The notes beneath the pieces are model-generated. The model had not been told where the DNA came from. It was given only the letters and a program-made list of their open reading frames with translations, and searched no databases. From Phoronis australis (taxonomy: Eukaryota > Animalia > Phoronida), in the NCBI GenBank assembly GCA_002633005.1, contig NMRA01000060.1, positions 1-32,821 of the forward strand: 32,821 bases of DNA, written 5' to 3'. Positions 31,692 to 32,821 of the stretch are shown here, in pieces. Every line of letters starts with the position of its first letter. Position 1 is the first letter of the stretch. The translations under genes and the position numbers were made by a program.

Positions 31692-32821
31692 GTAGGCGTT
31701 TATTATTCTGCGTTCTGTTTCAAAATGAATTATTCTCATCCTAATATGATCGATACCAATGCTTAGGCCCCTATATGAAACTGAAACAAAATGTTTCATT
31801 AGACACAGTTTGTAATGCCCTGGAGTGCTCGTGAGTGCAAATGTTTTGAGAAGCCAGCATTGAATAAACCACTTCGTTACAGGCTTTTGATGCCGGCAAA
31901 GAAGGTAATTGACAGGGCACCGAGGCCGTCTGGGCGCATGCTAATTCAGTGTTTGCTGACAGAAAGGTTTTGTGAAACAATTACTCGATTTTATATGCTA
32001 TTGTCACATGTTAGGGGAATCTTTATTTAGAAATACAAATACATATATTCAAAACATTGTTACTGTACAACCTTTCCCTGGCGGTCTGTGGAAGGGGAAC
32101 CCGACCTCGCGTAAGTAAGTAGATTTTCAGTTTCGTGGCTAATTCACATAAATAATTACGTGCAAATTATTTTTTTTTTGCTCACTACCATAGTCTTTTC
32201 GTGACCGGAGGTTTAGTTTCCAACTAAAGCTGGTTTATGTTCGTGCCAGTCCCGGCGGCCGCGATAACAAGCGTTTTGTGTGCTAACATTAAAAAAATCA
32301 CAAGTATAAACAACACAGATCTAGGTTCTCCTGTCTGTATTTCACGGAATAATACTTCGAATTTATCTACGAACTGACCCCAAACTCCTGCTACGGATCT
32401 TGGTAAATTGGCCTACCGAACTTTGTAGGCTACGGTGTGTCCAAATACCAGTAAATACGTTACAGCCAAATACAACAACACGTTTTTACCAGAACTCGGT
32501 GTATTTTTAAGGGTTTTACATCGAAGTTTGATTATTTATTGTTGTTAAACGATGTTGTGAACTGCTGAACCAATTACGTCATTGGATAATTTCAACTCCT
32601 CCGTCTGCCGTCAGGTGTCAGGTAACGCAACCGAACCTGCCGTTATCGAGTAGAACTACTTCTAAATTGATACAAAATAGTTTGTTTTTTGGGTGTCATT
32701 CTCCTTTAATACGAATACACTGTCATGTCAAGTAGTAACCTTGTGGGAGGGTTAGAAGGTACAGTCGCAGACGCGAAAAAATGTCACTATGCGGCACCAC
32801 AGTAGTTCAGAATTGCCTGAC

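Larger units (their letters stand above)
31143..32705 (+). mobile_element. Kolobok-superfamily DNA transposon, non-autonomous internal-deletion derivative (1563 bp), intronic
   Basis: TTAA on both sides (31139-31142, 32706-32709). 15-bp TIRs AGGAGAATTCCACCC / GGGTGTCATTCTCCT match at 13/15 with AG..CT termini. Contains a THAP remnant and a KolX-like remnant. TTAA TSD with purine-purine termini is the Kolobok signature (piggyBac starts with CC). Confidence 0.82.

Noticed and set aside
1-32821. Prokaryotic systems (CRISPR arrays, operons, defence islands)
   Set aside because: The sequence is intron-containing animal DNA. The short repeat arrays (16157-16332, 27500-28350) lack constant repeat-spacer periodicity and no cas-like ORFs are present.

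Overview
Eukaryotic (metazoan) genomic DNA, AT-rich, with spliceosomal introns and a 900-N scaffold gap (15176-16075). The frequent TACATG runs and the transposon repertoire suggest a marine invertebrate (inference). The main feature is the 3' part of a minus-strand receptor-type protein tyrosine phosphatase gene. I mapped 13 GT-AG coding exons (30582->18825) that join in frame into ~529 aa: tandem PTP domains D1 and D2 plus a PTPalpha/epsilon-like YANF tail. The 5' part of the gene lies beyond the right edge of the window. Both domains deviate at catalytic positions. D1 has WPN instead of WPD and HCSNGIGR; D2 has WPV and CLDGFTQ (no catalytic Arg). This makes it a candidate double-pseudophosphatase or natural substrate trap. 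Its introns carry a TTAA-flanked Kolobok deletion derivative (THAP and KolX-like gene heads), an RTE LINE fossil, a hAT MITE, a foldback element with a target-site duplication and a tRNA-derived SINE head. The left 15 kb has no recognisable coding exon. It holds MITEs, a 164-bp palindrome with symmetric GA/GA mismatches and two promoter-like motif clusters. No rRNA, intact tRNA or CRISPR was seen. Most ORFs in the supplied track are spurious or are exons read through into introns.
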